Virus record (IMG/VR): IMGVR_UViG_3300030372_005973
Span: 1 to 37,199 of that record
Length of the DNA: 37,199 nt
From: a virus
Taxonomy: Duplodnaviria > Caudoviricetes
Reading direction: 5' to 3' (one strand)
Shown here: in pieces, positions 1-8,612 of the stretch
Layout of the letters: every line of letters starts with the position of its first letter
Position numbering within the stretch: the stretch's first letter is position 1
The notes under the pieces: model-generated
Told to the model about the DNA's origin: nothing
The model's input: the letters and a program-made list of their open reading frames with translations, nothing else
Databases searched by the model: none
Program-made: the position numbers and the translations under genes

Positions 1-819
1 TTAAAATAGTTTTAAATCATCTCTTGGGTTGCTCAGATCATAATTTGCTGTCAACACTTCAATTTTCTTCTTTCCTGGTCTGCCTGTGCCATTTGCTACA
101 CTTACACTTTGTTCCAACTGCATTGTATGCCACCTGTTGGCATCGCTGTATTGCTTCAATATATCACTGGGATAGCTACTCATCAAAAACTTACCCTGAA
201 TGCCTTGGAGCGTCTTTAATAGGTTTTCAAAGTCATCTTGGCTATATCCATCATAGTGGCCACAATCGCTATTGAAGTATGGCGGATCGCAATAATGAAA
301 CGCATCTTTGTGGTCCCGACTATTGATAACCCGCAGCGCATCGGTACATTCCACTTGCACATTCTGCATCCTGATGGCCAAATCAATTGTGAAATCCTCA
401 CGTTTATTGGTTATCTTCTTACTGGTAGTGCCTTTCATCCTGTCGTACCCAAAAGAACCATCCAGCATACTGCTGAAGCTTTGAGCAGCCAGAACCCAAA
501 CAGCCCACGCTCTTTTTAATCTATCAAACATGTGAGGATTATTATAAATGACCGTCGCATCATTATGCAGGGATCGGCTGTGGAGACTTATACGAACTAA
601 TTTCTCCAGTTCTACAAATTCATTCTGTACGCACTCATAGAAGTTGATCAGCTCTCGATTGTAATCATTGATGATTTCCGTTTCACTCTTTGGTTTTGCC
701 CAGAAGATGGCACCGCCACCAACAAAAGGTTCCACGTATGTTGAATGATCCGGAATCAATGGCAAAATGGTGCTCACTAAATTCTGTTTACCTCCGTAAT
801 AACTTGTTGGTGTCTTCAT
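1..819 (-). CDS. Dam-family (D12 class) N6-adenine DNA methyltransferase
   Basis: YYGGK N-terminus, EPFVGGGA SAM-binding motif, IINDYN, catalytic DPPY, FLMSSY. Confidence 0.9.
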   Translation of the reverse strand: MKTPTSYYGGKQNLVSTILPLIPDHSTYVEPFVGGGAIFWAKPKSETEIINDYNRELINFYECVQNEFVELEKLVRISLHSRSLHNDATVIYNNPHMFDRLKRAWAVWVLAAQSFSSMLDGSFGYDRMKGTTSKKITNKREDFTIDLAIRMQNVQVECTDALRVINSRDHKDAFHYCDPPYFNSDCGHYDGYSQDDFENLLKTLQGIQGKFLMSSYPSDILKQYSDANRWHTMQLEQSVSVANGTGRPGKKKIEVLTANYDLSNPRDDLKLF

Positions 820-1475
820 ACGTTCAATGTGAATTTTGTTGAGCCACCAGCAAGCAGTTCCTTTGTGCCTTCAATATTATTTTGATAGATATGGACATTG
901 CCCAGGAATAAAGTAATTGATTTCAGCTGTACATCAATCTGCTTACTTATCAGATATAAGTGGTAGATATCGGCAGGCAATCCCAAACTGGCATCGCTCG
1001 AGCGCTGATACGCCGATACAATCAATTTCCCTTTTTCAATCTGAAACTGTATCAAGCTCAGGCACGGTTGCTGATTACTTTCAGCATTTGTCTGGCCAAG
1101 AAAAAGCACGTAATTTTTGCTATTTCTTTTCTCCCGGTTAATCTTTTCAATTAGCCTGGGCAATTGCTCAAAATAGGTAGGGTAGCTGTTTACCAGTATT
1201 GGTCCGCAATAGTCCCACCAAGTTACTCCAGCTTCACGGTAAGCTTCCGTAGAGCGCTCACCGGCCATAAACAGGTTGAGCTCATCCTTTAATTTCTTTC
1301 TGGCCATTCCGTGGCCCTCAAAGATTTCCAAGAGGTCTATTGGTTTGAGAACCAATGTTTCATTAAGCAGATACTGTATATCTCCCTTTTTGTTCTTTTG
1401 AATTTTACCTTTTTCAAGGATTTTTACAAGCATTCTATGATACTTGTTCTGTCTTGTTTTTGTTATATTTGTCAT
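816..1475 (-). CDS. Thymidylate synthase-fold protein, probable dCMP methyl/hydroxymethyltransferase
   Basis: QPCLSLIQFQ (catalytic Cys), YQRSSDASLGLPADI, GNVHIY; ATG at 1475 preferred over TTG at 1484; overlaps the MTase start by 4 nt. Confidence 0.85.
   Translation of the reverse strand: MTNITKTRQNKYHRMLVKILEKGKIQKNKKGDIQYLLNETLVLKPIDLLEIFEGHGMARKKLKDELNLFMAGERSTEAYREAGVTWWDYCGPILVNSYPTYFEQLPRLIEKINREKRNSKNYVLFLGQTNAESNQQPCLSLIQFQIEKGKLIVSAYQRSSDASLGLPADIYHLYLISKQIDVQLKSITLFLGNVHIYQNNIEGTKELLAGGSTKFTLNV
1464..1471 (+). promoter_or_regulatory. Bacteroidota -7 promoter box TATATTTG, divergent from and overlapping the TS-fold gene
   Basis: Exact TAnnTTTG match with TTG 17 nt upstream (1444-1446); points directly into a long hairpin. 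Confidence 0.6.
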
Positions 1476-1584
1476 CTCACTCAATTAAAAAATCCATTCC
1501 TAAGTTCAAGGCTTTGCCCTCGGTTCCAGGAATGGATTTTAATATTTAATTGAGTGAGATCGTTAAGTATGCCGGGGGTTTTTT
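1474..1584 (+). ncRNA. Candidate structured ncRNA: long hairpin plus loop-tail pseudoknot
   Basis: Arms 1474-1501 and 1528-1560 are complementary apart from one bulge; loop GCCCTCGGT (1516-1524) can pair with GCCGGGGGT (1571-1579); T-run follows. Confidence 0.6.
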
Positions 1585-1786
1585 ATACCCGCAGTTGTTC
1601 GGGGTTACTTTTCCCTTTTTGATAGGCCTGAATGCCTTTATCGGCTACCCGGACACCAAATAACAATCCTTCAAAAGTTAATACCAGGCCACAATGTTCG
1701 TGGCCGTTCAATAACAGCGCTGTAGCTGTTAGTACTATCGATGCAATTACTGCAGTCCAAAAATTGCTCACTATTTTAGTTTCCAT
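1583..1786 (-). CDS. Small two-TM membrane protein, holin-like
   Basis: ATG at 1786 (METKIV...), two hydrophobic segments, basic C-terminus. Confidence 0.5.
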   Translation of the reverse strand: METKIVSNFWTAVIASIVLTATALLLNGHEHCGLVLTFEGLLFGVRVADKGIQAYQKGKSNPEQLRV

Positions 1787-2201
1787 CGCTTGGTGTTTTA
1801 AGTATTTGCTCGTCTTTTGCCTTGTATAGGTCAAATTCCAATTTTAAAGCATTGTATTTTTCCCTCCAATTGCCTATCTCTTCACGCAGTGCTTTGTTTT
1901 CCTTATGCAGTAATCTCAGGTCTTTGCGTTGTTCAATATTTTCCTTTTTTACCGCATTCAACTCCTGCCGAATTATTACAATTTGCTGCTTCAGCTCTTC
2001 ATATTGGCGTTTATAGTCACCCACAAAATCTCCATATAGTTCACGCATAGACTTAACCGCTTCAGTATCTTTTTGCTCAGCGGTGGCGGTGGCTTCTTTT
2101 ACTTCAATACGTTTCAACTTCCATCCTAAAAAACCACCACCGAAAAGAAATGTAAGCATTGCACTTATCTGTATCCAATTCTCTACTAAAAATCTTATCA
2201 T
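1776..2201 (-). CDS. N-terminal TM plus coiled-coil protein (holin/lysis accessory-like)
   Basis: Single TM (WIQISAMLTFLFGGGFLGW) followed by heptad-rich region; coupled to neighbouring genes. Confidence 0.55.
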   Translation of the reverse strand: MIRFLVENWIQISAMLTFLFGGGFLGWKLKRIEVKEATATAEQKDTEAVKSMRELYGDFVGDYKRQYEELKQQIVIIRQELNAVKKENIEQRKDLRLLHKENKALREEIGNWREKYNALKLEFDLYKAKDEQILKTPSDGN

Positions 2202-2710
2202 ACAGCTATCTCAGAGTCGTTTGTTGCAAATAGGGCCGCGTAATATGCCGCTTTAAAACCTGCAAGATTAGTAGAAGTCAAATTGTAACTTCCTGTAGTT
2301 GAAATAAGCATTCTCGATGCGGGTGCCAATTCAATAACAGCCATATATACCGAGCGAGCTGCAGGGGTCAATGGAAATTCGTGGCTGTCAAAAGAAAAAA
2401 CCTCCTCATCCAGCTTACTGTTTACGGTTTGGGTTTTTTGTACGTTTGTAGCTTTGTTTAAGGCTGCCTGTTGCGTTGTAATATCGCCCGACGGTCTATC
2501 TTCCAAATCGCCATTAAAAATGCGTTTGTGGCAAATGCCGTACTCATAACTTATGTAACCAGGATCCGATGGATTAACCAATTGATCCTCGGTCACCACC
2601 AAAGGATCTTCATCCATTCCTAAGGCTTCAAGTTCTTCCAGACTATCTGCAACCAAATTGAACAAAACAAACGGCCTGTTGTTGGTTTCGTATGCTTTAA
2701 AATATCTCAT
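2198..2710 (-). CDS. Hypothetical tail-associated protein (fibre assembly position)
   Basis: 170-aa ORF directly after the tail-fibre-like gene in the late operon. Confidence 0.55.
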   Translation of the reverse strand: MRYFKAYETNNRPFVLFNLVADSLEELEALGMDEDPLVVTEDQLVNPSDPGYISYEYGICHKRIFNGDLEDRPSGDITTQQAALNKATNVQKTQTVNSKLDEEVFSFDSHEFPLTPAARSVYMAVIELAPASRMLISTTGSYNLTSTNLAGFKAAYYAALFATNDSEIAV

Positions 2711-2721
2711 TTCTTTAAGTT

Positions 2722-3441
2722 TTATCCTTCATCAAAAGTTAATGAACGGTTTATAGGTATTACGGTATAATCAAAAATTAAGGGAATACTATTAGCGGTG
2801 GCCTTATCAATGTAGATGTCAAAACCATTTTTAGTGCGGTTATTTACATCCCAAATAAAGGCGCGCGAAAAACTAAGCTCAGGATTGGCAGCCCTAAAAT
2901 TCCCTAATACCTGGTAATCCTGAGTTCCAATATCTGCCCCAAAGTCTACATGATATACAGCCGTCTGCACATCCATAACAATAACCCCCACAAAGATACT
3001 TCCAGCACGTAACCACTCCAGTAATTTACGGCCACGTATAAATGTGGAGCGTGGTACACTGCCTACATTTCCCGGCAAGTTTTCGCCCACTTGCGCATAC
3101 CTTCTTATTTTACCTGGACGCTCTTCGTACACTGGGTTTGCTTGTGTGCCTACGTTGAAGGTTAAATTTTCGGTTTCTTCAAAAAATGAAATGAAATATC
3201 CATCAGCGGTCAGGCCGTCAAAAGCCTCTATGGTCCACATCTTGTTGTTCCATATAAGTCTTCCCTCTGTTGAAGTCATACCGCCACCGCCATTGGTAGT
3301 TACCACAAAACCACTCACTATTCTGTTACCTGGCAAAATGCTCAGCAGTTCCTGAATAGGAAGTTTAAAACTGTCTTGGAACTCTTTTAACGTTGGCCTA
3401 TCTTTAGGAAAGCCAGTTTCTTCAATAATTAACTCAACCAT
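2722..3441 (-). CDS. Tail fibre/baseplate-distal protein
   Basis: Follows gp48-like gene; C-terminal beta-rich segment (VDFGADIGTQDYQVLG...NRTKNGFDIYI) resembling fibre domains. Confidence 0.55.
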   Translation of the reverse strand: MVELIIEETGFPKDRPTLKEFQDSFKLPIQELLSILPGNRIVSGFVVTTNGGGGMTSTEGRLIWNNKMWTIEAFDGLTADGYFISFFEETENLTFNVGTQANPVYEERPGKIRRYAQVGENLPGNVGSVPRSTFIRGRKLLEWLRAGSIFVGVIVMDVQTAVYHVDFGADIGTQDYQVLGNFRAANPELSFSRAFIWDVNNRTKNGFDIYIDKATANSIPLIFDYTVIPINRSLTFDEG

Positions 3442-3947
3442 ACTATTGTATATTTTGGTCCATAAATTTTGTAGTAATCTATCAGTGCACGCACGCGTGT
3501 CAATAGGCGCTCTTCGGCATCTTCGTCATCAGGGCGCAATGCCATTGGTATAAAAACAGTAAAATCACTTTCGTACACATTAAACACTATGGGGTCAAAA
3601 AACCATTGCGGATCACCTTCGCCTTCATCATAAAAATAGAGTGGATCTCCAGCCCCTTCATCATAGTAATGCTGTGTATCATTAAGTGCAGCGTTATTAA
3701 TGAATATACGGCGTTCCACATCGTCAAAAGCATCATTAAGTGCCTTTTCCAACAGTCCTACAGATCCGTAATGCTGCGCCCTATAAATACTATCTTCCTT
3801 AAATCCAAAAAAATATTCATACAAAGCTTTAAATGGTATAATAAGTGCCTGAAGCAATGCCAGCCATTTTGGTTTGCGCAGAATGATAGGAAGCAGCTGC
3901 TCCTTAAAGCCCTCATAATCCAGTATGTATATTTTTTTGTTTATCAC
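3429..3947 (-). CDS. Baseplate wedge protein (Mu gp48/P2 I-like)
   Basis: LLPIILRKP, LEKALNDAFD, RALIDYYK motifs; position after baseplate J-like gene. Confidence 0.65.
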   Translation of the reverse strand: MINKKIYILDYEGFKEQLLPIILRKPKWLALLQALIIPFKALYEYFFGFKEDSIYRAQHYGSVGLLEKALNDAFDDVERRIFINNAALNDTQHYYDEGAGDPLYFYDEGEGDPQWFFDPIVFNVYESDFTVFIPMALRPDDEDAEERLLTRVRALIDYYKIYGPKYTIVWLS

Positions 3948-4867
3948 GCCCTTGGTAAATATGTAAATACACTGTTTAGTTCATCCAGTTTAAAATAACC
4001 GCTTTGCGGTAACCTATATTCTGTAAATGGCCCCACATTCCCTTGTGGATTGGTTTGGTCATAATCATAGGTTCCATAGTAGCTTGCCGCACTTTGAAAA
4101 AATACGCCGTTGGGAACAATTCCAGGAACCGCTTGAATGATATCCGTTAATTCGGTAATGGATAGCTTTCCGTTAAAATCTATTAGGTTTTTATCCTTTA
4201 AATATGTTTTAATGGCATTGATAACCGGAGTTTCATCGGTACCATCCAAACGCTGGCCCAAGTTGTTCAATACAGATGGATTGAAGTAAAGCTTATAGTT
4301 TACGCGCAATCGGTCTGCATCTTCACTGCTGGCATCAATTGTTATTCCGGAAGCTCCTTTTTGCTTCATATAAGCTTTAAACCCTGCCAATTCACCAGCT
4401 GTAAGCTTTGCTAGATCACCACCCACATTCTTTGCAGTTTTTAAACGCAAAATGCCGTGGCCATTGCGTGATGCTTCTTCCACACTGCATTTTGCCACGA
4501 TCTTTTTTGCTGCTACTTCTGCTATGGTTAAACCGGTATTGTCATATTCGTTCCATTCGGTAAGTGCCTGCCCGTGTTGGTAATTAAGCGCATAGGCTAT
4601 AATCTGCAATTGCTGAAAAGGCATTGCACGCGCAATGCGGTCATCCACATCCTGTTTATGGATAGAAAACATTTTATAAATACTCCAAGCTACGGTGGCC
4701 ACCACAAATACAATCAACCGCCAAACGCTTACTTTACTTGTGCTGGTTAGATTGGCAAGGGTAGATTGCTCATTTTCTGTCAATACCGCAGTTGCCGGCA
4801 GATCATCTGCACCGGCAGCTGTGTTTAGTATTTGGGTCTGTATGTCGTTTATTGTTGGTACTGCCAT
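3944..4867 (-). CDS. Baseplate J-like protein (Mu gp47-like)
   Basis: STSKVSVWRL N-terminal motif, C-terminal FNGKLSITELTDIIQAVPG; synteny. Confidence 0.7.
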   Translation of the reverse strand: MAVPTINDIQTQILNTAAGADDLPATAVLTENEQSTLANLTSTSKVSVWRLIVFVVATVAWSIYKMFSIHKQDVDDRIARAMPFQQLQIIAYALNYQHGQALTEWNEYDNTGLTIAEVAAKKIVAKCSVEEASRNGHGILRLKTAKNVGGDLAKLTAGELAGFKAYMKQKGASGITIDASSEDADRLRVNYKLYFNPSVLNNLGQRLDGTDETPVINAIKTYLKDKNLIDFNGKLSITELTDIIQAVPGIVPNGVFFQSAASYYGTYDYDQTNPQGNVGPFTEYRLPQSGYFKLDELNSVFTYLPRA

Positions 4868-7302
4868 TATAATTTATTTGCTATATAATTTGATAAAACA
4901 TTTGCGTATTGTTTTGCGCCAACCACTCCTGGATGAACTGAATCAGAAGCAGTTCCTTTTCTTGAATTATTATCTGCAGAAAGCACTTCTGAAGTGTCAA
5001 ATTCATAGCACAGATACCTATCCACATGTTGCCATACCGGAATAATATCAGCGCCCAATTCATTGGCCTTTTTTATAGCCATTTCTATTAGATTGGCATA
5101 AGCTGGCCAATTGTTATTCTCGTTCACGGCAATAATTGGAGCAAAACCTACTACCGCATCAGCATCAAATTGAATAATCCTGTTGTAAAATATTTCCATC
5201 CCCAAAAGCACATCATTTTTTGATTGCTCGCTTTCTCCGTTATGGTTTAGGTCATTAAATCCTAGCGCACAGGTAACTATAAGTTTTTTACCCGAGTCAA
5301 TTCCACCGATATTTGTGTTTACATATCGTTCAAAATCAAACGTATAATAATCTCCAGCATAAGTTCCAATTGCTTGGCTTTCTGTATAGTTTAATTCCCG
5401 AGCCACTCCTGCAGTTCCTCCGTTTGTTGAAGGAGTGTTTTCAAAACACCATTCTGGATTAGTTGAGATTTGTAAAGGCGTAGCCACTTTTAAAAATGGA
5501 TTTTTACTCAATGAAGAGTCTGAATTTTCTGAAGTAACATAAACAGTCCCAGAATATTCAGTGCGCAATCCTATTAAAATGGCAAACTCCCAACTAGATC
5601 TACCTTCGTTAGCATAAATATCTGAGCGTAGCCCTCTGAAAGTTGGAGCAGCTCCCCAATTATTAACTAAAGACTCCCTTACATAAGGCGTTACGGCTTG
5701 CGGTGCACTTACTCCATCGGTGATGCTGTCCCCGAAAATAAACAGCTCAGCGGTTTTACCACTAACCGATGCACGGGTCACCTTTTGGATGCTTGTATTC
5801 TTAAAATATAGATTGCTGTTATTTTTAAGCTTGTTGAATATTTTCAATGTTCCAGCATTTGTCAATTCAGAAGCTCGTAATCTTATAGAAAAATCAAAAT
5901 AATCTGAAAATTGGGATTGAATTCCCAATGAACCTGAATATCCTTCAGAGGTCAATATTGAGTGCTTAAATAGTTGCAAATTGTCTTCATCAACCAAATA
6001 GAGTTTATCACCTACAATAATTCTATCTTCACTTTCAGAAAATCCATCGGATGTGTTATGAACTATGCTTGAAAGTTGTGTTTGGGCAATTGTATATGCA
6101 ACTGGTACGGTATAAACACCGGTAATTTTATTCCAATCAATCCAAACCTTTCCGGTTATTCCACTATTGTCACTTTCCGCTAGGTTTACAATATTTACTC
6201 CAGATGGATTTTCAACCAATGCGGTATTATAAAATGCAACACCAGTAATGTGATCGTGCCCTTCTTCTTCAATGATTATATAATAAAATCCATTTGATGT
6301 CCTGTTTTTCGCAAATGTTTTTAAATAGTATTTTTTAGAAGGATCGCCTCCGTAAAGTTCAACACGTTCAATAGCTTTAAAAATATCCGGCTTATCTTTA
6401 TAAATTGTTGTATTTACTTCAAAGATTCCTTGAGTTATTGGATAAGGAGCTACCAATTTATCTTTTAAATTCTTCCTATAAATTATAGATTTAACAAACT
6501 TACCCTGTGCCAAAGTAACAGCTGATCGTCCACCAGCTGGATAAAATACTTGATCCCAATTAATCACTGCTCTGCCAACAATTGCACCTGTTGAACCAAA
6601 TAATTCTACCACCTCTATTCCAGTGGAAGGAGCAACAACCGTCCAAAAGCCATCAAAAATTTTACCCCCAGCAACTTTTGCTCCATTACTGGATTGACTA
6701 ATTTGTAAATAATTTCTTCGTATGCCTCCAGCAGAATAATAATTACCAATATATGATAAGTAGTAACGCTCCGATGAATCGTCAAAGTAAAGTTCAATAT
6801 CCAGTACCGCGGCTTTTACGTAATTTAAATTTTTACCAGTAATGGTATCATCAAAAGGAAAAAAACTATTTACACCCTGCTGTGTAAATGGCGCATCCTT
6901 TACAAAAGATGATCCATTATAAGAATAATACCCATTATTACTTTCTGTAGAGTCTTGAGTTACCGCATAGCGAGTTGTGGTAGATGGGCTCGGGTCAGCA
7001 TTTAGGTTTGTTAGGGTATTGTATCGCACAATTCCATCCATTTGATTTGCTTGAATTGCATCAATATCATCTGAATTTTCTTCTATTAAATTATATAACT
7101 CTTCACCTGTACCATCATAATCTCCAGCTGGCAATTTTGCAGCAGATTCATACATTTCCTTAACTTTTGGACCCAATATTCCAATAGAATTATAAGCTGG
7201 ATCAGAATGTTTGGTTCTTGCGTCAAGCTCCTTAATAATGGCGGCACCTTCTTCTTTAGAATAGCGCTGTCCGTTGTAATCTCTAATAGGTTGTTGTTCC
7301 AT
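4867..7302 (-). CDS. Tail spike/receptor-binding protein with C-terminal SGNH/GDSL hydrolase
   Basis: IFGDSIT (block I), EGRSSW (II), LGFND (III), DSVHP (V); located in the baseplate operon. Confidence 0.75.
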   Translation of the reverse strand: MEQQPIRDYNGQRYSKEEGAAIIKELDARTKHSDPAYNSIGILGPKVKEMYESAAKLPAGDYDGTGEELYNLIEENSDDIDAIQANQMDGIVRYNTLTNLNADPSPSTTTRYAVTQDSTESNNGYYSYNGSSFVKDAPFTQQGVNSFFPFDDTITGKNLNYVKAAVLDIELYFDDSSERYYLSYIGNYYSAGGIRRNYLQISQSSNGAKVAGGKIFDGFWTVVAPSTGIEVVELFGSTGAIVGRAVINWDQVFYPAGGRSAVTLAQGKFVKSIIYRKNLKDKLVAPYPITQGIFEVNTTIYKDKPDIFKAIERVELYGGDPSKKYYLKTFAKNRTSNGFYYIIIEEEGHDHITGVAFYNTALVENPSGVNIVNLAESDNSGITGKVWIDWNKITGVYTVPVAYTIAQTQLSSIVHNTSDGFSESEDRIIVGDKLYLVDEDNLQLFKHSILTSEGYSGSLGIQSQFSDYFDFSIRLRASELTNAGTLKIFNKLKNNSNLYFKNTSIQKVTRASVSGKTAELFIFGDSITDGVSAPQAVTPYVRESLVNNWGAAPTFRGLRSDIYANEGRSSWEFAILIGLRTEYSGTVYVTSENSDSSLSKNPFLKVATPLQISTNPEWCFENTPSTNGGTAGVARELNYTESQAIGTYAGDYYTFDFERYVNTNIGGIDSGKKLIVTCALGFNDLNHNGESEQSKNDVLLGMEIFYNRIIQFDADAVVGFAPIIAVNENNNWPAYANLIEMAIKKANELGADIIPVWQHVDRYLCYEFDTSEVLSADNNSRKGTASDSVHPGVVGAKQYANVLSNYIANKL

Positions 7303-7304
7303 AA

Positions 7305-7592
7305 TTATTCAAATAATCCGGGTTGAAATAATCCATCTTCAAATAGTTGTTGCCGGGCATAAGTTGCGTCAATGTTATTAGTGGCCGGAATTACATTTTT
7401 TATTTTATAAAAGGATAGAATATCTATATTCTCTCCTCCAATTGGATTGATAATTCTTAAACCGGGATTCAAACTGTCTGTAATTGAAAGCTTATTTTCC
7501 AAAGCCACTTCAAAAATTTGTTCAAACTCACCCTTTACTTGGAGGGTAATGTCTGCCAGATTTTGTTTATTAATAGTTTTAACGTCGTTCAT
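7305..7592 (-). CDS. LysM-like baseplate protein (P2 gpX-like)
   Basis: QNLADITLQ...IFEVALENKLSITDSLNPG pattern; synteny. Confidence 0.7.
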   Translation of the reverse strand: MNDVKTINKQNLADITLQVKGEFEQIFEVALENKLSITDSLNPGLRIINPIGGENIDILSFYKIKNVIPATNNIDATYARQQLFEDGLFQPGLFE

Positions 7593-7890
7593 TTTGCTTG
7601 TAAATTGCCGTGAGATCCAGATTAAAATCAGAATCTATATTCAATTTTCTGACTGTCATCCCATCCATCTCCATTTGTTCTTGGATCTCTTTTCTTAAAT
7701 CATCCACATCACCATCACCAAGAATAAAATCGATAATACCCACACCAACTTTTGGGTTTTCTTTCCATTCGCCTTTATTGGTCAATAGAATTAGCTTTTG
7801 ATTTTGCTCAGTGGCATCATCGGTTGTTATCAATTCTCCATTGGCGTCAAACTGAATATCTCCATCTTCGTCTAAAAGAAAATCCTTCAT
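7579..7890 (-). CDS. Baseplate wedge subunit (gp25/Mu gp46-like)
   Basis: MKDFLLD, KGEWKENPKVGVGI, QMEMDG motifs. Confidence 0.7.
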   Translation of the reverse strand: MKDFLLDEDGDIQFDANGELITTDDATEQNQKLILLTNKGEWKENPKVGVGIIDFILGDGDVDDLRKEIQEQMEMDGMTVRKLNIDSDFNLDLTAIYKQNERR

Positions 7891-8105
7891 TATTCCTGAA
7901 TTATTCCGGTTGCAGTGAAGGTTGCTCCATCACTTGTAACCCCATTTACCAATACTTCCCTGCCTATCATTGAATCAAATACAGCATTTCCAATTGCGGT
8001 GGCCAAAGCTTCCCTGGCTTCTGCAGGAACGGTTGCAGGATTATCACTTTGATTATCCATTTCCTGTTTAATTACTGCTATGGTATTTGCTCTGTTAATT
8101 GGCAT
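7890..8105 (-). CDS. Small baseplate-region protein
   Basis: 71-aa ORF between spike and gp25-like genes, translationally coupled. Confidence 0.55.
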   Translation of the reverse strand: MPINRANTIAVIKQEMDNQSDNPATVPAEAREALATAIGNAVFDSMIGREVLVNGVTSDGATFTATGIIQE

Positions 8106-8108
8106 TTA

Positions 8109-8612
8109 TTATTCCTTTAAAGGCTGTTTAAATCGTTCTTTTATAACTTCCATTGCTGCAACATTTATAGTTGTGCCCTGGACCACTATAATTTTGTTCA
8201 GTTCATCTATCATATCCGAAAGGATATTCATAACACTTTCATTACCCTTCTTTATCCGGACGCCATCTTTATCAGCGCTGAATTCTACATCCCCAATCTT
8301 ATATACAAACTCATCAATCTCACTATACTGTGCCACATAGCAATAATTCTCATCATTAGCCACGATAGAAACCGTTACAAAACTTCCAACTTTTGGAATG
8401 ATCCACACGCCCTGGTCACTATCATCAATTGTACTCTGAAGGCGAACATCTGTATATGGAGCTCCACCATCTGCAGGTTCCACATCGCAGGTCAATTTTG
8501 CACGATCAACCTCAAAAACTTTTGCGATAATTGTTTGCTTTGGCAATAGTCTGGAAAACTTTTTCCGCAGCGCCATATCCACTTCCTCATGTACTCCGTT
8601 ACCCAATCCCAT
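8109..8612 (-). CDS. Baseplate spike (gpV/Mu gp45-like)
   Basis: OB-fold-like TCDVEP...DVRL...PKVGSFVTV; follows hub gene. Confidence 0.7.
   Translation of the reverse strand: MGLGNGVHEEVDMALRKKFSRLLPKQTIIAKVFEVDRAKLTCDVEPADGGAPYTDVRLQSTIDDSDQGVWIIPKVGSFVTVSIVANDENYCYVAQYSEIDEFVYKIGDVEFSADKDGVRIKKGNESVMNILSDMIDELNKIIVVQGTTINVAAMEVIKERFKQPLKE

Noticed and set aside
816-1484. Calling the gene thyA, and the TTG start at 1484
   Set aside because: Asp replaces the dUMP-specifying Asn; an in-frame ATG lies at 1475
2198-7302. Invertible tail-fibre segment or diversity-generating retroelement
   Set aside because: No invertase, no reverse transcriptase, no reversed fibre gene and no TR/VR pair seen
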